Shown here: in pieces, positions 12,859-22,429 of the stretch | Numbering within the stretch: position 1 is the stretch's first letter | How the letters are laid out: the number at the start of each line of letters is the position of its first letter | Source: Nitrospiraceae bacterium | GTDB lineage: Bacteria; Nitrospirota; Nitrospiria; Nitrospirales; Nitrospiraceae | Length of the DNA: 64,000 bases | Direction of reading: 5' to 3' | NCBI GenBank assembly: GCA_039794185.1 | Contig: JBDIVW010000029.1 | Location: 4,596-68,595, forward strand | Notes under the pieces: generated by a model | Database searches by the model: none | Seen by the model: only the letters and a program-made list of their open reading frames with translations | Told to the model about the DNA's origin: nothing | Made by a program: the position numbers and the translations under genes

Positions 12859-13863
12859 ATGTCTGAGCAGCCGTTGCTTTCGACCATCGAGACCATGGCC
12901 GACGTATGGGAGGCCTATCGTCCCGAATTACAAGGGGTCGAGGCGCAGATTCACAAGAATCTCACCTCTCAGGTCGCGTTGGTCAACACGGTGGCCGGCC
13001 ACATCCTCAGCAGCGGCGGCAAACGCATCCGCCCCCTCCTGCTGGTCCTCGCCGCCCGCCTCTGCGGCTACCCCGGAACCGATCATTGGCTGCTGGGGTG
13101 TCTGGTGGAATACATCCACACCGCGACCCTGCTGCACGACGACGTCGTGGACGACGCCGACATCCGCCGGGGCCGGCACAGTGCGCGGAAGGTGTGGGGC
13201 AATCAGATCAGCATTTTGGTCGGCGACTATCTCTATTCCAAGGCCATGCGGCAAATCGTGGATTTCCGCAGCCAGTCGATCAACGAAGTCCTGGCCGAGT
13301 CCTGCTGGAAGATGGCGGAGGGGGAAGTGCTGCAGTTGTATTACAACGGCAACCCCGCCATGCCGCAGTCGGACTATCTCAAGATCGTGGAGCACAAGAC
13401 GGCGGGCCTCATCGCGGCGGCCTGCCGGATCGGGGCGATTGCCGCCGGAGCCACGGAGACGCAGCAATTGGCTCTCTTCCGATTCGGACAACACCTGGGC
13501 ATCGCGTTTCAACTGGCCGACGATACGCTGGATTACGCCGCCAACGGCGATCGCCTGGGGAAAGCGCTGGGGCAGGATCTTCGCCAGGGCAAGGCGACCC
13601 TCCCTCTGCTGCATCTCTTGGAGCAGTGCGCCGAATCGGACCGGCAAATGATCAAGGACCGCATGGAAACCCGGTCGCTGACCGCCCACGACCTGGGCCG
13701 TATCCTCGATCTGATGCAGCGCTGCGGGTCGATCGCCTATGCCATGGAACGGGCGCAGAGCTTCATCCGAGCCGCCATCGCAGATCTCGCCCTCTTCGAA
13801 GACTGCATCCACAAGCGCGCGCTCACGGTTGCCGCGGAATACATGGTGACGCGAGACCGCTGA
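12859..13863 (+). CDS. ispB: long-chain polyprenyl diphosphate synthase (octaprenyl/heptaprenyl type)
   Basis: GGKRIRPLL, first DDxxD as LLHDDVVDDADIRRG, second as FQLADDTLDY. Start at internal ATG 12859 of ORF 12823..13863. Confidence 0.85.
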   Translation: MSEQPLLSTIETMADVWEAYRPELQGVEAQIHKNLTSQVALVNTVAGHILSSGGKRIRPLLLVLAARLCGYPGTDHWLLGCLVEYIHTATLLHDDVVDDADIRRGRHSARKVWGNQISILVGDYLYSKAMRQIVDFRSQSINEVLAESCWKMAEGEVLQLYYNGNPAMPQSDYLKIVEHKTAGLIAAACRIGAIAAGATETQQLALFRFGQHLGIAFQLADDTLDYAANGDRLGKALGQDLRQGKATLPLLHLLEQCAESDRQMIKDRMETRSLTAHDLGRILDLMQRCGSIAYAMERAQSFIRAAIADLALFEDCIHKRALTVAAEYMVTRDR

Positions 13864-13912
13864 CTCGTCGCAACTCGTTGCTCGATCGCCGTCAACCACA
13901 TAAAGGAGTGCC

Positions 13913-15241
13913 ATGGCCCAGGTGTTTCCGTTACGGGGAGTGCTGTTCAATCCGGACGTGGTCGGCGACGTGCGCGAAGTGGTGGCCCCGCCCTACGACG
14001 TGATCGACGCCGACTGGCAAAAGGCCTTCTACGCCCGACACGCCAACAACGTCATCCGCCTCGAACTGGGCCTCGAACAGCCCGGCGATACGGCGGCGGA
14101 CAACCGCTACACGCGCGCCGCGCAAACCTTGCGCGACTGGCTCGCGCGTCGCGCCCTCACGCGCGACGCGCGTCCGTCGTTCTACCTCTACACGATCCGT
14201 TACCACATGCCGGACGGCTCGGGCGGGACCGTCCAGAAGACCTTGACCGGGTATATGGGGAACTTCAGGCTGGCGGAACTGGATTCGGGGGAAATCTATC
14301 CGCACGAGAACACGCGCGCGACTGCGAAGACCGACCGCCTTCGCCTCTTGGAGGCCTGCCGATCGAATTTCAGCCCCATCTGGTCGTTGTATTCCGACCC
14401 GGAAGGCGGGGTCGTCGCGGCCCTGAAGCAGGCGGCTTCCTCATCGGCGCCGCGCCTGCGATTCCAGGACGATGCCGGGTTCGAACAGACCGTCTGGGCC
14501 ATCGACGATCCGGCGACCGTCGCGAGGGTCGGCGAGCTGATGCGCCCCAAGCCGCTCTTCATCGCCGACGGGCATCACCGCTACGAAACCGCGTTGCACT
14601 ATCAGAAGCAGCGACGGCAACAAGCCGGGAGCACGGCGGAGGTCCAGCCCTATGATCAGGTCCTGATGTTGTTCACGAGCCTCGAGGATCCGGGACTGAC
14701 GGTCCTCCCGACGCACCGCATCCTCACGACCCCGGTGCCGGACGCCGCCGGCCTGACCGCGTTGCTCGATCCGGCCTTCGAGATCGTCCCAGTCCCGACG
14801 AAAGGCCTCGCGCAGGAAGAGGCGCGCAGGATATTCTTCCAGACGTTGCGGGAACGGGGACGCCGCCAACCCTGTTTCGGACTGGCGGCGCGCGGCCTCG
14901 ACCAGTTCTGGCTGCTGGCGCTGCGGCCCGGTCACCAACTGCCGCCGACGGCCTCCCCCCGGGATCGGCTCGACGTGTCGATCCTTCAGCAGCAGGTCAT
15001 CGCCAAACTCTGTCCGACGCAAGAGACCCTGGAAGCCATCGTCTATACGAAGGACGAGCACGAGGCGCTGGATTGGGTGGCGAAGGGGACGGGCCAGGCA
15101 GCGCTCCTTTGGAACGCCACCAAAGTCGACGAGGTCCGCGCCGTGGCCACAGCCGGCGAGCGCATGCCGCACAAGTCGACCTACTTCTTCCCGAAACCGC
15201 TGACCGGGCTGGTGCTCCATGTGATGGAGGGCGCCCCGTGA
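13913..15241 (+). CDS. DUF1015-family protein of unknown function
   Basis: FIADGHHRYETAL signature and matching overall length. AAAGGAG RBS upstream. Confidence 0.75.
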   Translation: MAQVFPLRGVLFNPDVVGDVREVVAPPYDVIDADWQKAFYARHANNVIRLELGLEQPGDTAADNRYTRAAQTLRDWLARRALTRDARPSFYLYTIRYHMPDGSGGTVQKTLTGYMGNFRLAELDSGEIYPHENTRATAKTDRLRLLEACRSNFSPIWSLYSDPEGGVVAALKQAASSSAPRLRFQDDAGFEQTVWAIDDPATVARVGELMRPKPLFIADGHHRYETALHYQKQRRQQAGSTAEVQPYDQVLMLFTSLEDPGLTVLPTHRILTTPVPDAAGLTALLDPAFEIVPVPTKGLAQEEARRIFFQTLRERGRRQPCFGLAARGLDQFWLLALRPGHQLPPTASPRDRLDVSILQQQVIAKLCPTQETLEAIVYTKDEHEALDWVAKGTGQAALLWNATKVDEVRAVATAGERMPHKSTYFFPKPLTGLVLHVMEGAP

Positions 15242-16665
15242 GACCGAAGATCCTGGTCGTCGACGACGATCCCGACATCTCCCTGATGTTGCAGGATCGG
15301 CTCGAGGCGCTCCAGTACCAGGTGGTGGTGGCCCGCGACGGGCGCCGCGCCCTGGAACTCATCGAGCAGGAAAGCCCCAACTTGGTCCTGCTCGACGTGG
15401 AACTGCCCCAAATGTCCGGCATGGACGTCCTGCATCGCTTGAGGCAGACCAAGGCGGCGGGGGCGGGCGAAGCGGGCCTGCACCCCGGCGACCTGGACCC
15501 CCCGGTGATCGTCATGACGGCGCACGGGACGATCTCGATCGCCGTCGACGCCATCAAACACGGCGCCTACGACTTCCTCACCAAACCGCTCGACAAAGAC
15601 CACCTGAGTATCGTCATCCAGAAGGCCCTCGAGCGCGAGTCGCTCCGGCGCCAAGTGGCGGTGCTGCGGGCCGACGTCGACAGCCGGTACGCGCGGATCG
15701 TCGGCGCCAGTCCCAAGTTGAAATCCATCATCGAGGGCGCACAACGGGCGGCGAATTCGGACGCGAGCATTCTGCTCCTCGGCGAAAGCGGCACGGGCAA
15801 GGAGCTGTTCGCCCGATCGATCCATCAGTGGAGTCCGCGCCATACCATGCCGATGGTCGTCATCAACTGCGTCGCGCTGACGGAGACCCTGCTGGAAAAC
15901 GAGCTCTTCGGGCACGAACGCGGCGCGTTCACGGGAGCGGACCGGCTGCACAAGGGGAAAATCGAAATGGCGGACGGCGGCACCGTCTTCCTCGACGAGA
16001 TCGGGGACATGTCGCTGCCGTTACAGGCCAAACTGCTGCGCGTCCTGCAGGATCGGGAGTTCCAACGCGTCGGCGGGACCAAGAACATCGCGGTGAACAT
16101 CCGGGTGATCGCCGCGACCAACAAGGATCTGCGGCAGGCCGTGAAGGCGGGGCAGTTCCGGGAGGATCTGTACTTTCGGCTGAACGTCATCAATTTTACG
16201 CTCCCGCCGTTGCGGGAGCGGATCGAGGACATCGCGCCCTTGTCGGAGTTTTTCCTCCGTCGCCACGGTCTCGAATCCAAACGTCCCGGCGTCTCCCTGA
16301 GTCCCGCCGCGCTGGAGGCCATGCGCCGCTACCAGTGGCCGGGCAACATTCGCGAACTGGACAACACGATCGCGCGAGCGGTCGTCCTCAGCCCGACGGA
16401 TCAGATCGAGCCGGACGTCCTCGGCCTCATCGGGTTCGACGCCCCGGCGGCCGCCGCGACGCCGCATCCCGTCCCAAGCCCTCCCCGGCCCTACCACGAG
16501 GCGATGGAAGAGCACAGCCGCATGCTGATTCTGAACGCGCTGAAAGCGGCGGGGGGGAATCAAACGAAGGCGGCGGAGCAACTCCATCTGCAGCGCACCT
16601 ACCTGGCGCGCCTCATCCGGCAGAAAAACCTCGACATCGCCACCACGGACGAAAACCCAAGCTGA
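15238..16665 (+). CDS. sigma54-dependent response regulator (NtrC family: REC + AAA+ + Fis-type HTH)
   Basis: ILVVDDDPDI...LVLLDVELPQMSG. Walker A GESGTGKE, GAFTGA loop, ELFGHERGAFTGA, C-terminal HTH QTKAAEQLHLQRTYLARLI. GTG 15238 overlaps the DUF1015 stop (GTGA). Confidence 0.9.
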   Translation: MRPKILVVDDDPDISLMLQDRLEALQYQVVVARDGRRALELIEQESPNLVLLDVELPQMSGMDVLHRLRQTKAAGAGEAGLHPGDLDPPVIVMTAHGTISIAVDAIKHGAYDFLTKPLDKDHLSIVIQKALERESLRRQVAVLRADVDSRYARIVGASPKLKSIIEGAQRAANSDASILLLGESGTGKELFARSIHQWSPRHTMPMVVINCVALTETLLENELFGHERGAFTGADRLHKGKIEMADGGTVFLDEIGDMSLPLQAKLLRVLQDREFQRVGGTKNIAVNIRVIAATNKDLRQAVKAGQFREDLYFRLNVINFTLPPLRERIEDIAPLSEFFLRRHGLESKRPGVSLSPAALEAMRRYQWPGNIRELDNTIARAVVLSPTDQIEPDVLGLIGFDAPAAAATPHPVPSPPRPYHEAMEEHSRMLILNALKAAGGNQTKAAEQLHLQRTYLARLIRQKNLDIATTDENPS

Positions 16666-16676
16666 GGTCGCCCCGG

Positions 16677-17483
16677 CTACGAAGCCAGCCGGCGCTCGCG
16701 CTCCCTGAGCCCCGAGGACGCAGCCTGCGGGGTCTCACCCCCGTTCGTCGGTTGCCGGTCCCGTAACGAAATCCGGCCCTCGCGCACGGCATGCTCCGCT
16801 TGTGCGTATCGTTCCGCGGTGCCGACATCCGACCAGTAGCCGGTCGCGTCGAATCCCATGAACAGTTCCTCATCCCGGAGGGCGCCCACATAGGCGTCGA
16901 TGATGTTCGACGGCGTCCCCGCGGGAGGCAGGCGGCGCAGCAGGCGGGGATGGAGAATGTGCAGGCCCGCGAACATGCGGGGCACGGACCCGGAAGGGTT
17001 GAGGCGGCCCTGACCGTTGATCCGCTGGACCCGACGCGCGTCGTCGATTTCCACCAAGCCCCACTGGGCGGCCGCGGGGTCTTCCCGCAGCACCATGGTG
17101 ACGGCGGGCTTGTGCGTCTGGTGCGCGTCCACCACCTGATCCAGGTCGATCTCCACCAACGTATCGCCGTTCATGACCAGCATCGGCTGTCCGCCGAAAT
17201 AGGCCTCGACTTGCTTGAGCGCCCCGCCGGTTCCCAGAATCACGGGCTCGCGCGAATAGGTGATCCGCAGGCCGTACTGGTGCCCGTCGCCGAGCGCGTG
17301 CTCAATCATCGGACCGAGATGGTGGAGATTGATGACGACGTCCCGGAATTTGTGCCGCCGCAACAGCAGCAGGTTCCAGACGATGAGCGGCGTGCCCCCG
17401 ACGGGCAACAGCGGCTTCGGCATCGTGTTCGTCAGGGGGCGCAGGCGCGTGCCCAACCCCGCTGCGAGAATCATGGCTTTCAT
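16677..17483 (-). CDS. murU: sugar-1-phosphate nucleotidyltransferase, MurU-like
   Basis: MKAMILAAGLGTRLRPLTNTMPKPLLPVGG. Directly downstream of an AmgK-like kinase. Start at internal ATG 17483 of ORF 16677..18089. Confidence 0.7.
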   Translation of the reverse strand: MKAMILAAGLGTRLRPLTNTMPKPLLPVGGTPLIVWNLLLLRRHKFRDVVINLHHLGPMIEHALGDGHQYGLRITYSREPVILGTGGALKQVEAYFGGQPMLVMNGDTLVEIDLDQVVDAHQTHKPAVTMVLREDPAAAQWGLVEIDDARRVQRINGQGRLNPSGSVPRMFAGLHILHPRLLRRLPPAGTPSNIIDAYVGALRDEELFMGFDATGYWSDVGTAERYAQAEHAVREGRISLRDRQPTNGGETPQAASSGLRERERRLAS

Positions 17484-17587
17484 GGATTCACGACAAGCGT
17501 CAATCGTCAGCCGAAGTTCACCATCGCAACGGCGTGATCTCCATCCGTCCCTTCCCGATTGACGGATGACGGAGAACGAATCACGCC

Positions 17588-18688
17588 TTACTGCAGTTCC
17601 GGCACGTACGGCGACAGATGCGTCCTGAGCGGCGCCAACTCCGGATATTTCTCGAGGTTCCGCCGGACGTAGCCCAAGACACGGGGAATATCGGCCAGGA
17701 ATTTTGGATTGTGCTTGACCCGGTCGATATAGACGAAGCGTCCGGCGGCTTTGAGATTCCGTTGCAGGCTGGTGAGGTCGAAGAGGCGTCGATAGGCCGC
17801 CGGGTCCGGACGCCGTCCGTGTTCGGCCAGTCGGTCCAAGTAATACCCGATCAATTCGTCGACCAGGGGCTCCTCCAATGCGATATAGGCATCGCGGAGC
17901 AAGGAGGCCAAGTCGTACGTCGACGGCCCCATCAACGCATCTTGAAAGTCGATGATCCCCAATCGGTCGCCGTCGACCATCAGGTTGCGGGAATGATAGT
18001 CCCGGTGCACGAAGACCGGCGCCTGCGCGGCTATCTGCTCGGCTATGTGGCGAAACGCCTGTTGAACAGGGATCGCATCGTCCGCACACATCGGTTTGCC
18101 CCGTCTCGCGACCACCCCGTATTCAAGGAAGTGCTCGAACTCCCACATCAACAGAGCCACGTCGAATGTCCGGTGAAATACCACGCATCGAGGGTTGGCC
18201 GGCGTCGTGGCCCGTACCTGCATGGCCACGAGATCGTCGATCGCCTGTCGATACAGTGCGGCGCGGCGGTCCGGCGTCGCCGCGCGGGCGGCCTCGGCCA
18301 GCGTCAGATCCCCGAAATCCTCCAAATACAACAACCCGGCTTCCCGGTCGTAGTAATGGAGCGTCGGCACGGACAACCGGGCCGCGGCGAGGTGGGCCAA
18401 CACATTGGTGAAGGGCAGCTCGTCGATCGCCACCGAGGCGCCGCTGACCGCCTCCTCGGACTGCTTGAACGCCTCCGGTTCCGCAAGTTGCATCAGAATG
18501 AGCGACGACGGAGCGCCGGCCCGCAAACCGATGCGGTAGTAGCGGCGATTGGACGCGTCTCCCGCAAGCGGGTGCAGGTCACGGACCGCGCCGGCGGACG
18601 GCACGCGGGTCCGGATGGTGTGGGCGATCAGAGCCGGATCCGGAGGAGCGAGCGCGGCCTTCGGCGCAACAGGATGGGTCGGGGTCAT
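17588..18688 (-). CDS. amgK: aminoglycoside-phosphotransferase-fold sugar kinase, AmgK-like
   Basis: APH-fold motifs (FVHRDYHSRNLMV, IIDFQDA). Paired with murU-like. Start ambiguous: 18724 GTG, 18700 ATG or 18688 ATG. 18688 chosen because TGTATAAT lies just upstream. Confidence 0.65.
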   Translation of the reverse strand: MTPTHPVAPKAALAPPDPALIAHTIRTRVPSAGAVRDLHPLAGDASNRRYYRIGLRAGAPSSLILMQLAEPEAFKQSEEAVSGASVAIDELPFTNVLAHLAAARLSVPTLHYYDREAGLLYLEDFGDLTLAEAARAATPDRRAALYRQAIDDLVAMQVRATTPANPRCVVFHRTFDVALLMWEFEHFLEYGVVARRGKPMCADDAIPVQQAFRHIAEQIAAQAPVFVHRDYHSRNLMVDGDRLGIIDFQDALMGPSTYDLASLLRDAYIALEEPLVDELIGYYLDRLAEHGRRPDPAAYRRLFDLTSLQRNLKAAGRFVYIDRVKHNPKFLADIPRVLGYVRRNLEKYPELAPLRTHLSPYVPELQ

Positions 18689-18820
18689 ATGGTCGCGCAT
18701 TATACATGAACCAGAATGGTTCACGAACGATTCGCGGAAATTGCGCGAGGCGGTGACGCCGTGCCGACGCCGAGCGAATCGCCCGGCGCCGACCCGTCAC
18801 CGCGAGAGGCAGGGGAACGA

Positions 18821-20290
18821 TTACGATTGCGACTGCGATTGCGGTGGACGTATCCAGCGACGCGGACGCGGCTGGCCGGTCGGCTGGCCGCCCTGGGGAC
18901 GGGCGTCCGACTCGTACCGCCGCTGATCCTGAGCCGCCGGATAGCCGGACCTCATCGGGTCGCCCGATCGCACGGCCTCACGCGGGCCGCCTTGTCCCAT
19001 CGGCCGGTGTTCCGGTCGATGCGGCCGCATGCCCGGACGCTGCGGATCGTTCGGTCGCCCTCCGAAGGAGGGACGTCCGGGGCCGCCCATGCCCGGCCTG
19101 TGCCCGCGCACCGGCTCAGGACTGCCGGCCGCCCGAGGAACGGGCCGGCCGAGCAATCGTTCAATCGCCCGGAGCTGCATATGGTCTTCCCCGGTGACGA
19201 AACTGGTCGCGCGACCGGTCGTTTTCATGCGGCCGGTCCGCCCGATCCGGTGGACGTAATCCTCCGGGGTATTCGGCAGATCGAAATTCACGACATGGCC
19301 GATATTGGCCACATCGATCCCGCGCGCCGCGATGTCGGTCGCGACCAACACGCGGTAGCTGCCTCGCCGAAACCCTTCCAGGGCGGTCTTGCGCTGAGAC
19401 AGCCGCCGTCCGGCGTGCAACACCCCCACCCGATGCCCCCGCTGCTCCAAGACGCGACCGACCTTGTCGGCGCCGTGTTTGGTTCGCGTGAACACCAGCA
19501 CGCTGCCGCCCGACTCCTGGACGAGCTTCAACAGCAAGGCCGTCTTCTCGTCCCGGGTGGTATGGTGCACTTCGTGTGTGACCGTGTGCGCGGCCTGCGC
19601 CGAGGGGTTCACCATGATCCGCACGGGATCACGGAGCCCGGCGCGCGCCAGGGCCGCCAGATCTTCCGGTATGGTCGCGGAGAACAGCATGGTCTGCCGC
19701 TCCGGCATCAAGGCATCGAGGATCTGATTGAGTTGTGGCGCGAATCCCATGTCGAGCATGCGATCGGCTTCATCCAAGACCACGATCGAGAAATGCGCCA
19801 TATTGATGGTGCCGTTCCACATGTGGTCCAACAACCGCCCCGGCGTCGCCACGACGATGGTTGGATGTTGCTGGAGACCGCGGACCTGGACGCGCATGTC
19901 CTCGCCTCCGATCACGGTCGTCGCGGACACCCGGCGGGACCGGCCCAAGAGGGCGACGGATTTTTGTATTTGAAACGCCAACTCGCGCGTCGGCGCAAGA
20001 ATCAGCCCCCGCGGGGGGCCGATGGGCCCGTCGGCCAGGCGCTCGATCATGGGAATCACGAACGCGGCGGTCTTCCCGGTTCCGGTCTGCGCGCAGCCGA
20101 GAATGTCGCGGCCCTGCAGGCCCGACGGAATCGCCTGCGCTTGGATCGGGGTGGGCTCGGAGAACTTGGCCAGCGCGAGGTCGCGCAGCAGCAGCTCCGA
20201 CAAGCCCAGCGAGCGAAAGGTCACGGCCGCGGGATCGTCCCGGTGGCCGTTGTCAACGGAAGGTACAGCAGTAGAATTCAACACAAGCAC
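18821..20290 (-). CDS. DEAD-box ATP-dependent RNA helicase with Arg/Gly/Pro-rich C-terminal tail
   Basis: Q-motif FSEPTPIQ, AQTGTGKT, DEAD (VLDEADRMLD), SAT, HRIGRTGR. Low-complexity tail ending PQSQSQS. Confidence 0.95.
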   Translation of the reverse strand: MLVLNSTAVPSVDNGHRDDPAAVTFRSLGLSELLLRDLALAKFSEPTPIQAQAIPSGLQGRDILGCAQTGTGKTAAFVIPMIERLADGPIGPPRGLILAPTRELAFQIQKSVALLGRSRRVSATTVIGGEDMRVQVRGLQQHPTIVVATPGRLLDHMWNGTINMAHFSIVVLDEADRMLDMGFAPQLNQILDALMPERQTMLFSATIPEDLAALARAGLRDPVRIMVNPSAQAAHTVTHEVHHTTRDEKTALLLKLVQESGGSVLVFTRTKHGADKVGRVLEQRGHRVGVLHAGRRLSQRKTALEGFRRGSYRVLVATDIAARGIDVANIGHVVNFDLPNTPEDYVHRIGRTGRMKTTGRATSFVTGEDHMQLRAIERLLGRPVPRAAGSPEPVRGHRPGMGGPGRPSFGGRPNDPQRPGMRPHRPEHRPMGQGGPREAVRSGDPMRSGYPAAQDQRRYESDARPQGGQPTGQPRPRRWIRPPQSQSQS

Positions 20291-20650
20291 TCCTTGGTGA
20301 GTTGTAAAGCAGGATGCTCACGGCGGCCTCGCACCGGGGCCCACCGAGTCCGGACACGAGTCACGGATTATCGTGGCTCAGTCTCTAGGCTCGGGAGCAC
20401 ACCGCAAGTGGTCGCGGTTCCGCTCCTGCTAAGCATCGCATGTGACGAGGTCAGAGAATCGAAGGAGGCAGAATCGGGGGAGATCCGCTCCGAGGAGGAT
20501 CTGAACGCGCTGCGATGACGGGGCCCGGATTATGTCTGATTGCACGGTCGCCGGGCCGTCTCGACAGTGACAAGCGCACCATACCAGCCGGCGGTGCGAA
20601 TGTCAAACGACCCCGCAAAGTCCGCCGGCCCCAGCGGCCCATTGCGGAGA

Positions 20651-21316
20651 CTAGTCGAGCCTGGGAGTTCCGAACGCCGCGAACAGTTCAGCGGTCAGGT
20701 ACGGCGTCCCCCGCGCATCCCGGCCGCGCTTGCGCCGAAGATAGTCGTTGAGCACACGCCCGTCCTCGCCGCGGTGCCGGTGAGGATGGGCCAGATTCAT
20801 TCGATACCGTTCCACGGCGCCCGCCACCCGGCTGATGAACACGACCGTCCCGTCCCGTTCGATCGCTTCGACGACGCCGACGTGCGTCAGCGGATCGTTG
20901 ACCTGGCCGTCCCCGTTCGCATCCCACGTATTGTGAAAGAACACGAGGTCTCCCGGCCGAACGACGGGCCCCTGATGAATGCGCCCGAATTGGCGAACGT
21001 CCCGATGGATGAGTCGGACCCCGTTGGCCTGTCCGGTCACGCGGGTGCTGCGGTAGAGGTCGACCCCCTGCAGGAGAAAGATCGCTCGGGTGACGCCGGC
21101 GCAGTCATAGGTGATCCGGCGCCCGTCCACCTCTATCGCGCGCGCTCCCACGAGTCCGGCCGCCGTCCGAACCACCGATTGCCGCCAGGGCGACGCGTGG
21201 CCCGGCTCGCAACAGGCTCGCGGCTCGACTGCGGGGCCGGCCCCACGCTCCACGGCCGGTCCCGCGCAGCCCAGGGCCAGCAACAGCCCCCCGTAGATGA
21301 CGGCTCGACGATCCAT
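20651..21316 (-). CDS. NlpC/P60-family lipoprotein (cell-wall peptidase-like)
   Basis: Lipobox MDRRAVIYGGLLLALGCAG, catalytic-like DCAGVTRAIF and THVGVV. Start at internal ATG 21316 of ORF 20651..21985. Confidence 0.7.
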   Translation of the reverse strand: MDRRAVIYGGLLLALGCAGPAVERGAGPAVEPRACCEPGHASPWRQSVVRTAAGLVGARAIEVDGRRITYDCAGVTRAIFLLQGVDLYRSTRVTGQANGVRLIHRDVRQFGRIHQGPVVRPGDLVFFHNTWDANGDGQVNDPLTHVGVVEAIERDGTVVFISRVAGAVERYRMNLAHPHRHRGEDGRVLNDYLRRKRGRDARGTPYLTAELFAAFGTPRLD

Positions 21317-21439
21317 CGTGCTCCCGTCGGCGTGATCAGCGTGAATCCCTGCGAGTATAGCCCAGCCCAGGGGAACTGCACGCGAATCGCGATTCCCGGC
21401 CCTCTCGACATCTCCGCGCGGACGACCTATAAGGAATCC

Positions 21440-22411
21440 ATGCCATACGTGCACCTTGGACGCTCGGGCCTGCTGGTCAGTCGGCTGTGCCTCGGCACGA
21501 TGAATTTCGGACCCCATACGAACGAGGCCGAGAGCGCCAGGATCATGGACCGCGCGCTCGAGCACGAGATCAACTTCTTCGACACGGCCGACGTCTACGG
21601 CTGGAAGCTCGGCGAGGGCGTGACCGAACAGATCGTCGGCCGCTGGTTTGCCCAAGGAGGGGGCCGGCGGGAAAAGGTCGTGCTGGCCACCAAAGTCTTT
21701 GGACGGATGGGCGCCTGGCCGAACGAGTCGCGCCTCTCCGCGCTGCATATCCGGCGGGCCTGCGAGGCCAGCCTCCGGCGGCTCCGGACCGATTATATCG
21801 ACCTCTATCAAATGCACCACGTCGACCGAGACACGCCGTGGGATGAAATCTGGCAGGCGATGGAACAACTGACGCGGGAAGGAAAGATTCTCTACGTCGG
21901 CAGCAGCAATTTTGCGGGCTGGCACCTGGCCCAGGCGCAGGAGCTCGCTCGAGCCCGCCGTTTCCTCGGCCTGATCTCCGAGCAAAGCCTCTACAACCTG
22001 ACCGAACGGACGGTCGAGCTGGAGGTGATTCCGGCTTGCCAGGCCTATGGCATCGGGCTGATTCCCTGGAGTCCCCTGGCGCGCGGTCTGCTGGGCGGAG
22101 CGCTCAAGAAAGTCGCCGGCGGGCGGCGGGCCGAGAAGGACGTCCGGAAAGAATTGGAGAAGCTCCGTCCCCGCCTGGAGACGTACGAAGCCCTCTGCCG
22201 GAAACTGGGCGAGGCGCCCGCCGACGTGGCGCTGGCGTGGTTACTGCACCAGCCGGCCGTGACGGCCCCCATCGTGGGCCCCCGTACGCTCGAACAGCTC
22301 GACGAATCGATCCGGGCGCTCTCCCTCGCCTTGACGAAGGAAACGTTGAACAAACTCGATGAAATCTTTCCCGGACCGGGCGGCGCGGCGCCCGAGGCCT
22401 ATGCCTGGTAA
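21440..22411 (+). CDS. aldo/keto reductase
   Basis: MPYVHLGRSGLLVSRLCLGTMNFG...FFDTADVYG...IDLYQMHH...LYVGSSNF. Start at internal ATG 21440 of ORF 20540..22411. Confidence 0.9.
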   Translation: MPYVHLGRSGLLVSRLCLGTMNFGPHTNEAESARIMDRALEHEINFFDTADVYGWKLGEGVTEQIVGRWFAQGGGRREKVVLATKVFGRMGAWPNESRLSALHIRRACEASLRRLRTDYIDLYQMHHVDRDTPWDEIWQAMEQLTREGKILYVGSSNFAGWHLAQAQELARARRFLGLISEQSLYNLTERTVELEVIPACQAYGIGLIPWSPLARGLLGGALKKVAGGRRAEKDVRKELEKLRPRLETYEALCRKLGEAPADVALAWLLHQPAVTAPIVGPRTLEQLDESIRALSLALTKETLNKLDEIFPGPGGAAPEAYAW

Positions 22412-22429
22412 GCTGGACCTGGTCGTCGG

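Noticed and set aside
18716-20518. 600-aa plus-strand ORF antisense to the DEAD-box helicase
   Set aside because: Low-complexity Arg/Gly-rich translation. The opposite strand carries all helicase motifs.
20540-21439. Long N-terminal extensions of composite ORFs: 20540-22411, 20651-21985, 16677-18089, 50193-52445, 9612-11378, 48775-50334, 6823-7899
   Set aside because: In each case the conserved protein begins at an internal start, often with an RBS, a signal peptide or an ATGA overlap. The upstream part overlaps a better-supported neighbouring gene or looks non-protein-like.
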